In this document: positions 31,184 to 41,492 of the stretch, piece after piece | Position numbering within the stretch: the stretch's first letter is position 1 | How the letters are laid out: each line of letters begins with the position of its first letter | Source: Alphaproteobacteria bacterium | GTDB taxonomy: Bacteria; Pseudomonadota; Alphaproteobacteria; RF32; CAG-239 | Assembly: GCA_045593845.1 (NCBI GenBank) | Contig: JAZNXK010000022.1 | Location: 13,855-77,854 of the forward strand | Direction of reading: 5' to 3' | DNA length: 64,000 bases | The notes under the pieces: generated by a model | What the model was told of the DNA's origin: nothing | Database searches by the model: none | The model's input: the letters and a program-made list of their open reading frames with translations, nothing else | Made by a program: the position numbers and the translations under genes

Positions 31184-31276
31184 ATTCTCTTAAGCGCAAG
31201 TCTCAAAATTTTTTGATTGTAATTATCTCTGATAATTGCTAATATCGCCAAAGTTTAATAATTTAGGACTGGAACA

Positions 31277-32557
31277 ATGTTGGATATTAAGTTTATTGCC
31301 GAAAATACACAGTTGGTAAAAGAAGGTTTTGCCAAGAAAAATTTTGATATTGATGTTGACGGATTGTTAGCTCTCCACAAAAGGGTTAATCAACTGAAAA
31401 CATCTTCACAGGCATTGGCAGAGGAAAAAAATCGTTTGAGCAATTCCATAAAATCCGCCAGTCCGGAAGAACGTCCTAATATTATTGCCAAGAGTCGTGA
31501 GTTGGGCGAACAATTAAAGGTTGAACAAGAAAAACTTGCTGAAGAACAGGCAAAATTTGATGAGATCATGTGGCGCTTGCCCAATTTGCCGTCTCCGCAA
31601 AGTCCGGTCGGTGCTGATGATACCGAGAATGTTGTTGTTCGTAAGGTTGGCGAGGTTCCGCACTTTGATTTTGAGCCCAAAGACCATGTCGAATTGATGG
31701 AAATGAACGGATGGACCGAGTGCGAGCGTATATCAAAAGTTTGCGGTTCACGCAGTTATGCCATAACCAATGAATTGGCACGTTTGGAATTGGCAATGCA
31801 TTTATATGTTATGGATAAGCTTGCCGCTAATGGCTTTAGAGTAATTACCGTTCCATCACTTTCAAAAGAAAAACCCTTATATGGTCAAGGCTATCTGCCT
31901 TTTGCCAAGGACGAAATCTATTATATGCCCCAAGATGATATTTATCTTTCGGGCACAGCGGAACTTATCTTGAACTCTTTGCGTGCTGACGAACTCTTAA
32001 CCGAGAACGATTTGCCGATTCTCTATGCTGGTTTTTCTCCGTGTTTTCGCCGCGAGGCCGGTGCCGCAGGTAAAGACACCAGAGGTCTGACCAGAGTTCA
32101 TCAGTTTATGAAAACAGAGCAATTTGTCATTTGTAAAAATGACTTTAATGAGAGTGAAAAATGGCACCAAAAATTGTTGCAGATTTCCGAAGAGATTTTG
32201 CAGGACTTTGAGTTGCCATACCAAGTTTTGGAAGTATGCACCGGCGACATGGGTGCTCCGAAATATCGTCAATACGACTTAGAAGCTTGGGTTCCGAGCC
32301 AAAATTGCTATCGCGAAACACATAGCTGTTCCAATATTACCGACTGGCAGGCTCGCCGTACCAATTTGCGTTATCGTGATAATGCCGAAGGAAAAGTTCG
32401 TTTTGTTCACACTTTGAACAATACCGGCATTGCCACCCCGCGTGCATTGGTTCCGTTTTTGGAAAATCATCAACAAGCCGACGGCTCAATCCGCATACCT
32501 GAAAAGTTGCAACCTTACATGATGGGAAAGACATTTATCAAAGGCTCCCAAAAATAG
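31277..32557 (+). CDS. serS: serine--tRNA ligase
   Basis: N-terminal coiled coil. Class II motifs FSPCFRREAGAAGKDTRGLTRVHQF and the C-terminal NNTGIATPRAL. Confidence 0.95.
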   Translation: MLDIKFIAENTQLVKEGFAKKNFDIDVDGLLALHKRVNQLKTSSQALAEEKNRLSNSIKSASPEERPNIIAKSRELGEQLKVEQEKLAEEQAKFDEIMWRLPNLPSPQSPVGADDTENVVVRKVGEVPHFDFEPKDHVELMEMNGWTECERISKVCGSRSYAITNELARLELAMHLYVMDKLAANGFRVITVPSLSKEKPLYGQGYLPFAKDEIYYMPQDDIYLSGTAELILNSLRADELLTENDLPILYAGFSPCFRREAGAAGKDTRGLTRVHQFMKTEQFVICKNDFNESEKWHQKLLQISEEILQDFELPYQVLEVCTGDMGAPKYRQYDLEAWVPSQNCYRETHSCSNITDWQARRTNLRYRDNAEGKVRFVHTLNNTGIATPRALVPFLENHQQADGSIRIPEKLQPYMMGKTFIKGSQK

Positions 32558-32640
32558 TCTGCATAACGGGTATTTTTTCTTCTTTATCTTGTAATTTTTT
32601 CATATTGCTTTATCTTATTTGCAGGCAAGGAGAATTACAG

Positions 32641-33300
32641 ATGAAATTAAGCAGTAAAAAACTTAAAGTGGTGATTTTTGATTGGGACGGAACTTTAGCG
32701 CAAAGTGACAGCCCGAGAGTGCAGGCCATAAACCGAGTCCTGAAAGAATATGAAATGCCATGCTGGGATGAGGTTAAAAATCTGCGTGATGAAATGCTTT
32801 CTTTTTTGGATAATTTTCCTAACATATTCGGGCAGAAATCTCATTCGGCATATACAAAATTTTGCCGATATTATAAGCAGTATGTAAAGAATAATTTTCA
32901 AGGTTTTAACTATGCCGACAAAGTTATAAATTTTTTCCGCTCCAAAGGAATAAAAGTTGCAATAATGACCAATAAAGACAGGCATTTGTTGGAATATGAG
33001 TTGCCGATGCTATATTCTACAGATTGGTTTGATAAAATTGTCTGCGGACACGAAGCCCCCAGAGACAAACCCTATGGCGACCAAGCTCTATATACCTTGA
33101 AAGATTTGATTGATTTTGCGGATATATCCCCCGAAACAGTTTGGATAATAGGTGACAGCCGGCTGGATAACTTGTGCGCTTCTGCGGTCAATGCTTTGCC
33201 GATCCGTGTTAATAATGATAAAAATCTTAATGACAATATAAATTGTAAAAATATAATTTTTTTCAAGGATTATTTTTCTTTGCTAAACTCTATTGACTAA
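32641..33300 (+). CDS. HAD-superfamily phosphatase (phosphoglycolate phosphatase-like)
   Basis: VVIFDWDGTL motif I and IIGDSRLDN motif IV. ATG 32641 follows an AAGGAGA RBS. Confidence 0.75.
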   Translation: MKLSSKKLKVVIFDWDGTLAQSDSPRVQAINRVLKEYEMPCWDEVKNLRDEMLSFLDNFPNIFGQKSHSAYTKFCRYYKQYVKNNFQGFNYADKVINFFRSKGIKVAIMTNKDRHLLEYELPMLYSTDWFDKIVCGHEAPRDKPYGDQALYTLKDLIDFADISPETVWIIGDSRLDNLCASAVNALPIRVNNDKNLNDNINCKNIIFFKDYFSLLNSID

Positions 33301-33312
33301 AAAGGAAAAGAT

Positions 33313-34872
33313 ATGAAACAAAAATCTCAAGATGAAAACAAAAGCAAAATCCGCAGATATATCGTTATATCGCTGATTGTTGTTGTTTTAGCCGTTGTTA
33401 ACGTAATTTATTTTCGCCACCAAGTTTCATCAAATCACTCGTTGGCATCGCACTATACCAGCAAAGGAGATCCAATGGAAAAATATCGCAATCCTGCAGT
33501 TGCCGGATATTTTTATCCCGCAGACAGCACAGTTTTGAACCAAGCAATGGATGAACTTTTGTCGCTTAATTATCAGCAGCACTTGTCTCAACCCAAAATC
33601 ATTGTTGTCCCCCATGCCGGATACCAATTTTCAGCGGTTGCCGCGGCACAGGCTTATGCACCGCTTAAGGATTTTGCTCAAAATATAAAAAATGTCATTT
33701 TGTTAGGTCCTTCTCATTATGAACCTTTAGAGGGTGCAGCCTTGCCAAAAGCTCAATATTTTAAGACACCTTTGGGAATTGTTGAAATAAATACCGAGAT
33801 TGCAAGTGCTTTGCTCAAAAATAATATGATAAAAGTAAATGCAAAAGCCCATGAAAGAGAGCATTCTTTAGAAGTTCAATTGCCGTTTCTGCAAAAACTT
33901 ATTCCCAACCTCAAAATAGTACCTATCGTCTATGGAAATATGAATCCTCAAGCAATGGCAGATATTTTGCTTCCGTATATCAATAGAGATGACACTTTGC
34001 TGGTTGTTTCTGCCGACTTGTCGCATTACCATCCCTATGAAGAGGCAGTGCAGATGGATACTGAAACCGCTTCAAAAGTAGAGCAGGAGCAGGATGATAT
34101 TGATTATGAACATTCATGCGGTGCCGGAGGCATAAATACAGCTCTGAAAATTGCTAAAGCTTTCAATTTCAAACCCGAAGTTTTGGCTTTGATAAACTCC
34201 GGAGATGTCAGTAACGACAAAAGTCGTGTTGTCGGATACGGTGCTTGGAGTTTTAGTCAGAAAGGCCTGAAAATAACTCAAATTACCAGAGAAAAAGAAG
34301 GCTTGTTGAAATTTGCATCCGAATACGGACAGCCTTTGTTGCAAGCTGCGCACAAATCAATAGAAGAATCAGTGCAAGGCAAAAGCTACCAGCCTGACCG
34401 CGACAGTTATGACGACCATCTGTTTGACCGCGGAGCTTCTTTTGTTACTTTGACCAAACAAAACGAACTCAGAGGTTGCATCGGGTCATTATACCCGCGA
34501 AAAGCTATTGTTGCAGACGTTGTTGATAATGCCCGTGCCGCCGCTATGAATGATACACGATTCTCTCCGCTTGTTGCCGAAGAATTGCCCGATATTGCAA
34601 TTTCTATATCACTGCTGACCGGTTTTGAAAAAATCAGATATACCGATGAGCAGGATTTATTGAACCAACTTGTGCCCAATGTTGATGGTGTAATTATTCG
34701 TGACGGCAGTCGTCAAGGATTGTTTTTGCCGTCTGTATGGGCACAGATTCCGGATAAAAAGGCATTTTTGGACAATTTGAAGCTGAAAGCCGGAATGAGC
34801 CCGAGTTTCTGGTCTAATGATATTCAAGTTTATCGTTTTTATACCGTGGAGATAAAAGAAAATGCAAATTAA
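33313..34872 (+). CDS. membrane-anchored fusion of a MEMO1-family domain and an AMMECR1 domain
   Basis: N-terminal TM IVISLIVVVLAVVNVIYF. Memo-like GYFYPAD...IIVVPHAGYQFS...SADLSHYH. AMMECR1-like GASFVTLTKQNELRGCIGS. Confidence 0.8.
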   Translation: MKQKSQDENKSKIRRYIVISLIVVVLAVVNVIYFRHQVSSNHSLASHYTSKGDPMEKYRNPAVAGYFYPADSTVLNQAMDELLSLNYQQHLSQPKIIVVPHAGYQFSAVAAAQAYAPLKDFAQNIKNVILLGPSHYEPLEGAALPKAQYFKTPLGIVEINTEIASALLKNNMIKVNAKAHEREHSLEVQLPFLQKLIPNLKIVPIVYGNMNPQAMADILLPYINRDDTLLVVSADLSHYHPYEEAVQMDTETASKVEQEQDDIDYEHSCGAGGINTALKIAKAFNFKPEVLALINSGDVSNDKSRVVGYGAWSFSQKGLKITQITREKEGLLKFASEYGQPLLQAAHKSIEESVQGKSYQPDRDSYDDHLFDRGASFVTLTKQNELRGCIGSLYPRKAIVADVVDNARAAAMNDTRFSPLVAEELPDIAISISLLTGFEKIRYTDEQDLLNQLVPNVDGVIIRDGSRQGLFLPSVWAQIPDKKAFLDNLKLKAGMSPSFWSNDIQVYRFYTVEIKENAN

Positions 34873-36574
34873 CGGATACAAAATCAATTATACTGCAGAA
34901 AAACTGCAGGATATGCTTTCAAAAAGTGTTGAAATTAAGTTGATTGATAAAAATTTTGCCGGTTACAAAAATTTATCCGAGGGCAACAAAAAAGCTCTCG
35001 AACATCTTGTCGCCGCCGCAAAAATCATCAATGATGTGTCCTTGGAACAGGATAATCCGTATAATCTGGATATGAAAAAAGCTTTGAAAAAAGAGGCATC
35101 TTCCGACAAACAAGCCAAATTGGCTTTGGAGATGTTCAATTCTCTCAACGGAGTTGCAGGTTTTAATGGTGTTGATCCCAAACCGATAGAGATTTTTGAT
35201 GGAATTCACCTTTTGAAGGGACATAATTTTTATCCGCAAGACTTGAGTGTTGAAGAATTTCATCAAATTCTTATCAATATGTTGCAGGCCGGAAAAATTG
35301 AAGAAGTTCGACAGATATTAAGCGCTCGCACCATGGTAAGACGCAACGGCAAAGAGCTGAAAGCGATAGATTATACCGAATATTTTCGTGATGAATTTTC
35401 CAAAATTGCTAACGAGCTTGAAGTAGCCGCTCACTATTGTGACGAAGAAGAATTTAAGGACTATCTCGGTTGGCAGGCACAGGCGTTTTTGCAGAATAAT
35501 CCTGATATGGATATGCTTGCGGACAAACATTGGGCAGTTTTGCAAGACAATAATTTGGAGTTTACCGTCAGCCGCGAAAATTATGATGATGAAATTACAT
35601 CAACCGTTTTTAATAATGAAAAACTTTCTTCACTCCTTGAAAAGCATAATATCGAGCCGGTTGCCAAAGATATGCTCGGAGCTCGCGTTGGAATTGTCAA
35701 CAAAGAAGGGACCGAACTTATCTTGAAGTTCAAGCAACACATAAAAGAATTGGCAAACTTAATGCCTTATAAAGACCAATACCATCAACATATTTTAGAC
35801 GGTGAAGAAATAAAACAAACCATGGTAGATGTTGACCTTGTTGATTTGGAAGGCGATTATGCACAGTGCCGCGGAGGCATTACCACTGCCCAAAACCTTC
35901 CTAATAATGACAAATTGTCAGTCAAAACCGGAGGCGGACGTCGCAATGTATATCACCGCCAAGTACGCATGGGAAAGGACAAGGAAAAAGAAAAGAAAAT
36001 ATTGCAGAGACTTGTTTCCAAAGATTTGCATAAATATTACGATTCCGAAGCCATACATGTATTTGTTATCGGGCACGAAAACGGACATTCGCTCGGACCT
36101 GACAGCTGTTATCAAGGCGCATTGGGAAAATATAAACATATTATAGAAGAGCACAAAGCCGATACCATTTCTTTAACTTTTATGCCTGAATACGTTAAAA
36201 AAGGCATCATCAGCCCGGAAACACTCAAGAAAATATATGTCAGTTGCATTGTCGGCGGAATGTTTTTACGTGCTCGCCCGCACGATATGTTGCCGCACCG
36301 TATGGCCGATCTCATACAGTTTAATTATCTCTTAAAGAACAAGGCAATATCTTTTAATGATAAAGGTTTGTTGAGTATAGATTTCGAGCGCTTGCCGATT
36401 GTGTTTAATAATTTGTTGGCCGACACAATAGAGGTTCAGCTTTCAAAATCTCCGCAAAAAGCCAAAGAATTTATTGATAAATATACCAAATGGGGCAGGC
36501 ACTCGCAACATATTGCCAAAGTTCACCGCGAACTCGGAATAAAGCCATATAAGAAGATTGTGCGCTATTTTTAA
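34862..36574 (+). CDS. M49 (dipeptidyl-peptidase III)-like zinc metallopeptidase
   Basis: GHENGH (HExxH) followed 23 aa later by EEHKAD, resembling the DPP III HExxGH ... EExxAE/D pair. Overlaps the preceding gene by 11 nt. Confidence 0.45.
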   Translation: MQINGYKINYTAEKLQDMLSKSVEIKLIDKNFAGYKNLSEGNKKALEHLVAAAKIINDVSLEQDNPYNLDMKKALKKEASSDKQAKLALEMFNSLNGVAGFNGVDPKPIEIFDGIHLLKGHNFYPQDLSVEEFHQILINMLQAGKIEEVRQILSARTMVRRNGKELKAIDYTEYFRDEFSKIANELEVAAHYCDEEEFKDYLGWQAQAFLQNNPDMDMLADKHWAVLQDNNLEFTVSRENYDDEITSTVFNNEKLSSLLEKHNIEPVAKDMLGARVGIVNKEGTELILKFKQHIKELANLMPYKDQYHQHILDGEEIKQTMVDVDLVDLEGDYAQCRGGITTAQNLPNNDKLSVKTGGGRRNVYHRQVRMGKDKEKEKKILQRLVSKDLHKYYDSEAIHVFVIGHENGHSLGPDSCYQGALGKYKHIIEEHKADTISLTFMPEYVKKGIISPETLKKIYVSCIVGGMFLRARPHDMLPHRMADLIQFNYLLKNKAISFNDKGLLSIDFERLPIVFNNLLADTIEVQLSKSPQKAKEFIDKYTKWGRHSQHIAKVHRELGIKPYKKIVRYF

Positions 36575-36662
36575 AAGTGATAGTAAAAAATATAGAATCT
36601 GCTTGCAGAAATATTGATTTTGGAGCAGTATAAAGCAAGTTTATACCGTTTGGAAATTTGCT

Positions 36663-37028
36663 ATGTTTAAAAAATTGATAAATGGCGAGTTAGGTTTGTT
36701 TGCAACATTTTGGCAATTTGCCGTATTGGGGCTGTTGTCGATGGTTGTTTTCACGCGTATAATAGGTAAAATTCTTGCCCACAAGCTTGGAAAAAAAACA
36801 ATCTTGTCATATCTGTTTTCGTTTAAGGTAGAAGAAGGAATAACTCCGTTCCTCATAGTGTTATATCTTTCTTTGATAAGCTTTTTGCTTTTTTACAGCT
36901 GTTCTCTGCTTTTGGGAATATGGCGAAGTTCCGCCACTTATGACCGCAGTGTATGGTTGCGCCATTTGTCGCGCGTCATTACGGTTATATTGGTATTCGT
37001 TTCAATAAAAATAGTTTTTGGATTATGA
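36663..37028 (+). CDS. small membrane protein
   Basis: 121 aa with about four hydrophobic segments. Confidence 0.45.
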   Translation: MFKKLINGELGLFATFWQFAVLGLLSMVVFTRIIGKILAHKLGKKTILSYLFSFKVEEGITPFLIVLYLSLISFLLFYSCSLLLGIWRSSATYDRSVWLRHLSRVITVILVFVSIKIVFGL

Positions 37029-37186
37029 AAATGCGCAATTTTTTGATTCTGTTTGTTCTTGTGTTTCTGTTCGGTTGCACTGCCGGTGATTTCGGGGCTG
37101 ACCGTGAGCATCTCTATGAAACGAGCTCTGACAAAGAAATATGCTCCCAAACGCCGGAGCGCTGTATCAATGGAGTCTCTTGGTAA
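37025..37186 (+). CDS. small lipoprotein
   Basis: Internal ATG 37025 of track ORF 36953..37186 gives MKMRNFLILFVLVFLFGC (lipobox LFGC). It overlaps the previous stop (ATGA). Confidence 0.4.
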   Translation: MKMRNFLILFVLVFLFGCTAGDFGADREHLYETSSDKEICSQTPERCINGVSW

Positions 37187-37199
37187 AAGAGTATAAAAA

Positions 37200-40100
37200 A
37201 TGATAAATCCGCAATTTATACATCTTCGAGTCCACTCGGCATATTCGTTGCTTGAAGGCGCAATGAAAATGCCGGCACTCACTAAAAAAGTTGCGGAAAT
37301 GGGTTTTCCGGCGGTCGCCGTAACCGATACGGCAACCATGTTCGGTGCAAAAGATTTTTCGGCGAATGCACCCCAAAACGGACTGAAGCCGATTCTCGGG
37401 ACCCAGATGTATTTGCGCAATCCCGACGCAGATGATGTCTTAAAATCCAAAGGCAAGATAATTGAGCCTGATAAAATTGTGCTCCTAATTCAGGATAAAA
37501 CCGGATATTTGAATATTATAAAATTGATGAATAAATCATATCTCGGAGGTTTAACCTCTGTTGCCGAAAAGCCGCAAATTACCCTCGAAGATCTGAAAGA
37601 ACACAACCAAGGACTCATCGTTTTGACCGCCGGTGCCGACGGACAGGCTGGACGTCTTATACTGGAAAATCGCTTGGACGAAGCTCATCAGTTTATAAAA
37701 GAACTTCAATCAATTTTTGGTGACAGGCTCTATATGGAAATATCTCGTATCGGACTGGAAAAAGAAACAAAAACCGAACCGATATTTTTAGATATGGCAT
37801 ACAAATATAACATTCCACTTGTTGCTACCAATGAAGCTTTTTTCTTCGATGCCGAAATGTATGAAGCTCATGATGCGCTGGTTTGTATCGCTATGGGAGA
37901 ATATGTCTCTAACGAAAACAGATTGCACTATTCCCAAGAGCAGCGTCTTAAAAGCACAGAAGAAATGTTGGCATTGTTCAGTGATCTGCCTGAAGCGACA
38001 GCTAACACGGTTCAAATTGCAAAACGTTGCAATTTTATGCTTGAATTTGTTGCGCCGTTGCTGCCTATTTTTGAATGTCCGGAAGGAAAAACCCAGAACG
38101 AATATATCAGAGAGCAAGCCAATTTGGGCTTAGCCCAAAGATTACAGACAAAAGTATATTTTGAAGGCATGACCGAGGAGCAAAAACAAGATATTGATAA
38201 ACGTTATCATGAACGTTTGGAATATGAATTGAGCGTTATAGAAAAAATGGGTTTTGCCGGATATTTTCTTATCGTGTCGGATTTTATTCGCTGGTCAAAA
38301 GCAAACGGAGTTCCTGTCGGCCCCGGACGTGGTTCTGGTGCAGGTTCAATAGTTGCGTGGTCTTTATTTATTACCGATTTAGACCCCTTAAAATTGGACT
38401 TACTTTTTGAACGATTTTTGAATCCGGAACGTGTCAACATGCCGGATTTTGACGTCGATTTTTGTCAGGAAAATCGCTATAAAACCATTGAATATGTGCA
38501 GAATAAATATGGTGTTGATCATGTTGCTCAAATTATCACTTATGGCAAGCTTCAGGCCAAAGCCGTAATTCGTGATGTTGCCAGAGTTCTGCAAATGCCA
38601 TATACGCAGGCAGACCGTATCAGTAAAATGGTTCCTCCCCCGGTAGAAGGAAAACAGCCGACCTTAAAAGATGCTTTGGAACAAGTTCCGGAGCTGGAAG
38701 AAATGCGCAAAAATGACCCGCAAGTCAATAAACTGTTTGAAATTGCCATGAAACTGGAGGGCTTGTACCGCAATACCGGTATGCATGCTGCCGGCGTTGT
38801 TATCGGAGATCGTCCGCTTGACCAACTTGTGCCGTTATACAAAGATCCCCGCGCCGATATGCCGGTAACTCAATACGATATGAAATATATTGAAGAAACC
38901 GGTTTGATAAAATTTGACTTTTTGGGGTTGAAGACACTTACAACCATTAAAAAAGCGCTTGATTTAATCAAATTGAATCATGGTATCGAACTTGATATGG
39001 AAAAAATATCACTCGATGACAAACCGACCTATGAACTTTTACAAAGAGGTGATACAGCCGGAGTATTTCAGTTTGAATCGGCAGGCATGAAAGATGTTCA
39101 CAAACAAATCAAACCTGACCGCTTTGAAGATCTTATCGCTATCGTGTCTTTATATCGCCCCGGACCTATGAATAATATTCCCAGCTATATTCGTCGCAAG
39201 CATGGCGAGGAAGAAATTACCTACTTACACCCCAAACTAGAGCCTATTTTGAAAAATACATACGGTATTATGATTTATCAAGAGCAGGTTATGAAAATTG
39301 CGCAGGAACTTGCCGGCTATACTCTTGGCGGTGCGGATAAATTGCGTAAAGCTATGGGTAAGAAAAAGAAAGAAGAAATGATAAAGCATCGCGGCATATT
39401 TGTCGATGGTGCGGTAGCCAACGGTATAGATCGCGATACGGCAACAAGTATTTATGACCAAATGGAAAAATTCGCTTCCTATGGTTTCAACAAGTCCCAC
39501 GCGGCGGCATATTCTTTGATTTCATACCAAACGGCTTATTTGAAAACTCACTATCCGGTAGAGTTTATGAGTGCCACCATGACCATGGATATTACCAATA
39601 CCGACAAACTTCATTTTTTCAAAGATGAATGCGTAAAAATGGGTATCAAAGTTTTGCCTCCCGATATAAATTCTTCAAGTTATGAGTTCAGCGTTAAAGA
39701 TAATCAAATTCTCTATGCCTTGGCCGCCGTTAAAGGGGTTGGTGATGCCAATATGAAAGCACTTGTTGCCGAGCGTGAAGCTCACGGCAAATTTAAGGAT
39801 ATGTCGGATTTTATTCACCGTATGGATATCAAACAAATCAATCGCAAACAAATTGAACAGCTTATTAAGGCGGGAGCATTTGATTGTTTGGATAAAAATC
39901 GCGGCAAATTGTTTGCCAATATAGACAACATTATCCAGCACATAAGTTCAAGTTGCGAATTGAAGAACAGTAGCCAAAGCTCACTGTTCGGAGCCGAAGA
40001 AATCAGCGCACAAGTCCGCCTGAAAGATGCACCTGATTGGCCGGAGTTGGAAAGACTGAAATTGGAAGCCGAAGCAATAGGTTTTTATCTTTCCGCTCAT

Positions 40101-40676
40101 CCGTTGGACAGCTATGCCGAGGGTATGGAAAAATTGGGGTTAAAAAGCTGCAGTGAAATATTCAGAGGTTTACGGGCAGGTGATACGGTTCGCGCAAAGC
40201 TTGCCGGCTGCGTAACTTCTTTTAAGCCTCGCGTATCTCAAAAAGGCAACAGATTTGCATTTCTCGGTTTATCCGATGCATCAGACGGTTTTGAGGGAGT
40301 GATTTTTTCGGAATTGTTATCGCAAAGTGAAGATATAATCAATTCCGGTGTTCCGCTTCTTGCCAGTGTTAAAATAGAAAAACAAACTGAAGAATCTGAT
40401 CCTAAAATTATGATTGAATATTTGGAAAGTTTAGATAAAGCCATTGCAGATGTATCAAAAGGCATAGTGATTTATATCAGTAACATAGAGGCACTTAAAA
40501 GTTTGCATGAAGTTTTGCGCCATGACCATAATGGGCCGAACAAAATATATATAAAACCTGATAACAATGATTGGGATATAAGAATAGAACTATCGGGCGG
40601 TTTTGCATTTTCTGACGATACAATGATGACCAAAATCAAGGCAATACCCGGAATATCAGCAGTAAAGGAAATATAA
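37200..40676 (+). CDS. dnaE: DNA polymerase III subunit alpha
   Basis: PHP N-terminus FIHLRVHSAYSLLEGA, the catalytic-core block MPDFDVDFC, 1158 aa. Confidence 0.95.
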   Translation: MINPQFIHLRVHSAYSLLEGAMKMPALTKKVAEMGFPAVAVTDTATMFGAKDFSANAPQNGLKPILGTQMYLRNPDADDVLKSKGKIIEPDKIVLLIQDKTGYLNIIKLMNKSYLGGLTSVAEKPQITLEDLKEHNQGLIVLTAGADGQAGRLILENRLDEAHQFIKELQSIFGDRLYMEISRIGLEKETKTEPIFLDMAYKYNIPLVATNEAFFFDAEMYEAHDALVCIAMGEYVSNENRLHYSQEQRLKSTEEMLALFSDLPEATANTVQIAKRCNFMLEFVAPLLPIFECPEGKTQNEYIREQANLGLAQRLQTKVYFEGMTEEQKQDIDKRYHERLEYELSVIEKMGFAGYFLIVSDFIRWSKANGVPVGPGRGSGAGSIVAWSLFITDLDPLKLDLLFERFLNPERVNMPDFDVDFCQENRYKTIEYVQNKYGVDHVAQIITYGKLQAKAVIRDVARVLQMPYTQADRISKMVPPPVEGKQPTLKDALEQVPELEEMRKNDPQVNKLFEIAMKLEGLYRNTGMHAAGVVIGDRPLDQLVPLYKDPRADMPVTQYDMKYIEETGLIKFDFLGLKTLTTIKKALDLIKLNHGIELDMEKISLDDKPTYELLQRGDTAGVFQFESAGMKDVHKQIKPDRFEDLIAIVSLYRPGPMNNIPSYIRRKHGEEEITYLHPKLEPILKNTYGIMIYQEQVMKIAQELAGYTLGGADKLRKAMGKKKKEEMIKHRGIFVDGAVANGIDRDTATSIYDQMEKFASYGFNKSHAAAYSLISYQTAYLKTHYPVEFMSATMTMDITNTDKLHFFKDECVKMGIKVLPPDINSSSYEFSVKDNQILYALAAVKGVGDANMKALVAEREAHGKFKDMSDFIHRMDIKQINRKQIEQLIKAGAFDCLDKNRGKLFANIDNIIQHISSSCELKNSSQSSLFGAEEISAQVRLKDAPDWPELERLKLEAEAIGFYLSAHPLDSYAEGMEKLGLKSCSEIFRGLRAGDTVRAKLAGCVTSFKPRVSQKGNRFAFLGLSDASDGFEGVIFSELLSQSEDIINSGVPLLASVKIEKQTEESDPKIMIEYLESLDKAIADVSKGIVIYISNIEALKSLHEVLRHDHNGPNKIYIKPDNNDWDIRIELSGGFAFSDDTMMTKIKAIPGISAVKEI

Positions 40677-40679
40677 AAG

Positions 40680-41492
40680 ATGGATAAAAAAGTTTTTCAA
40701 AATACGCAAAAAATAAAACTCAGATGGTTGATATTTTCGCCGCTGAAAATGTTTTATCAAAATTTTAAAATGTTCATATTTTTATCAATTCCTTTTGCGT
40801 TCATCATGACGATTTTATCTTTATTATTGCACAACAATATAATGTGCGGTGTCGATTATTTGCAAAAGCAAACAGTTGTAGCCTGCGCTCCGTTATTAAG
40901 CTGGACAACTCTTTTTTTTCAAATCACAAGGCTGTTGATAATTATAAGTTTTATTAAAGGTTGGTATAATTATGCAATCTCAAAACAAAAAATCAATTTT
41001 TCGGAGTTATGTGCTCTCGATATATGGAATATAAAAATATTTTTTATATTGCTTTTTATTATTTTCATAAACATTTTACCCAGCCTCTCATATGTTGAAC
41101 TTATGGTTAGAAATCCCAATCCCAATTGGCTGATAGAAAGTATGTTTTTTGCGGTAATGTTTATGGGGTTTTTCATACCGATTATCGCGATTTTATATTA
41201 CTATACGATTGCGTATGCTATAGACAAGACCAAGTTGCCGCCGCTCGGACAAATAAGCGCAAAAGCTTTCGACAATGCCAGTATAATAATGATTTCGACC
41301 TTGTTTATGGTAACTTGCGGTCTTTTTGTTGTGGCATATTATTTTGGCAGAGTCACCCCGCTTGTAATCAATCTGTCGATTGCAAAAGCAATCACTGCGG
41401 ATATTGTGTATAATATTATACTCTTGGCCTTTACCGCGCTGATGACAAATCATCTTTTCAATTTGCGCGACAACCTTTTCCCTAAAGAATAA
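40680..41492 (+). CDS. polytopic membrane protein, unknown function
   Basis: 270 aa with about six TM segments. It starts 3 nt after dnaE. Confidence 0.5.
   Translation: MDKKVFQNTQKIKLRWLIFSPLKMFYQNFKMFIFLSIPFAFIMTILSLLLHNNIMCGVDYLQKQTVVACAPLLSWTTLFFQITRLLIIISFIKGWYNYAISKQKINFSELCALDIWNIKIFFILLFIIFINILPSLSYVELMVRNPNPNWLIESMFFAVMFMGFFIPIIAILYYYTIAYAIDKTKLPPLGQISAKAFDNASIIMISTLFMVTCGLFVVAYYFGRVTPLVINLSIAKAITADIVYNIILLAFTALMTNHLFNLRDNLFPKE

Noticed and set aside
36938-37456. 172-aa minus-strand ORF spanning the small lipoprotein gene and the dnaE start
   Set aside because: It conflicts with the unambiguous dnaE N-terminus (PHP motif) and has no recognisable features.
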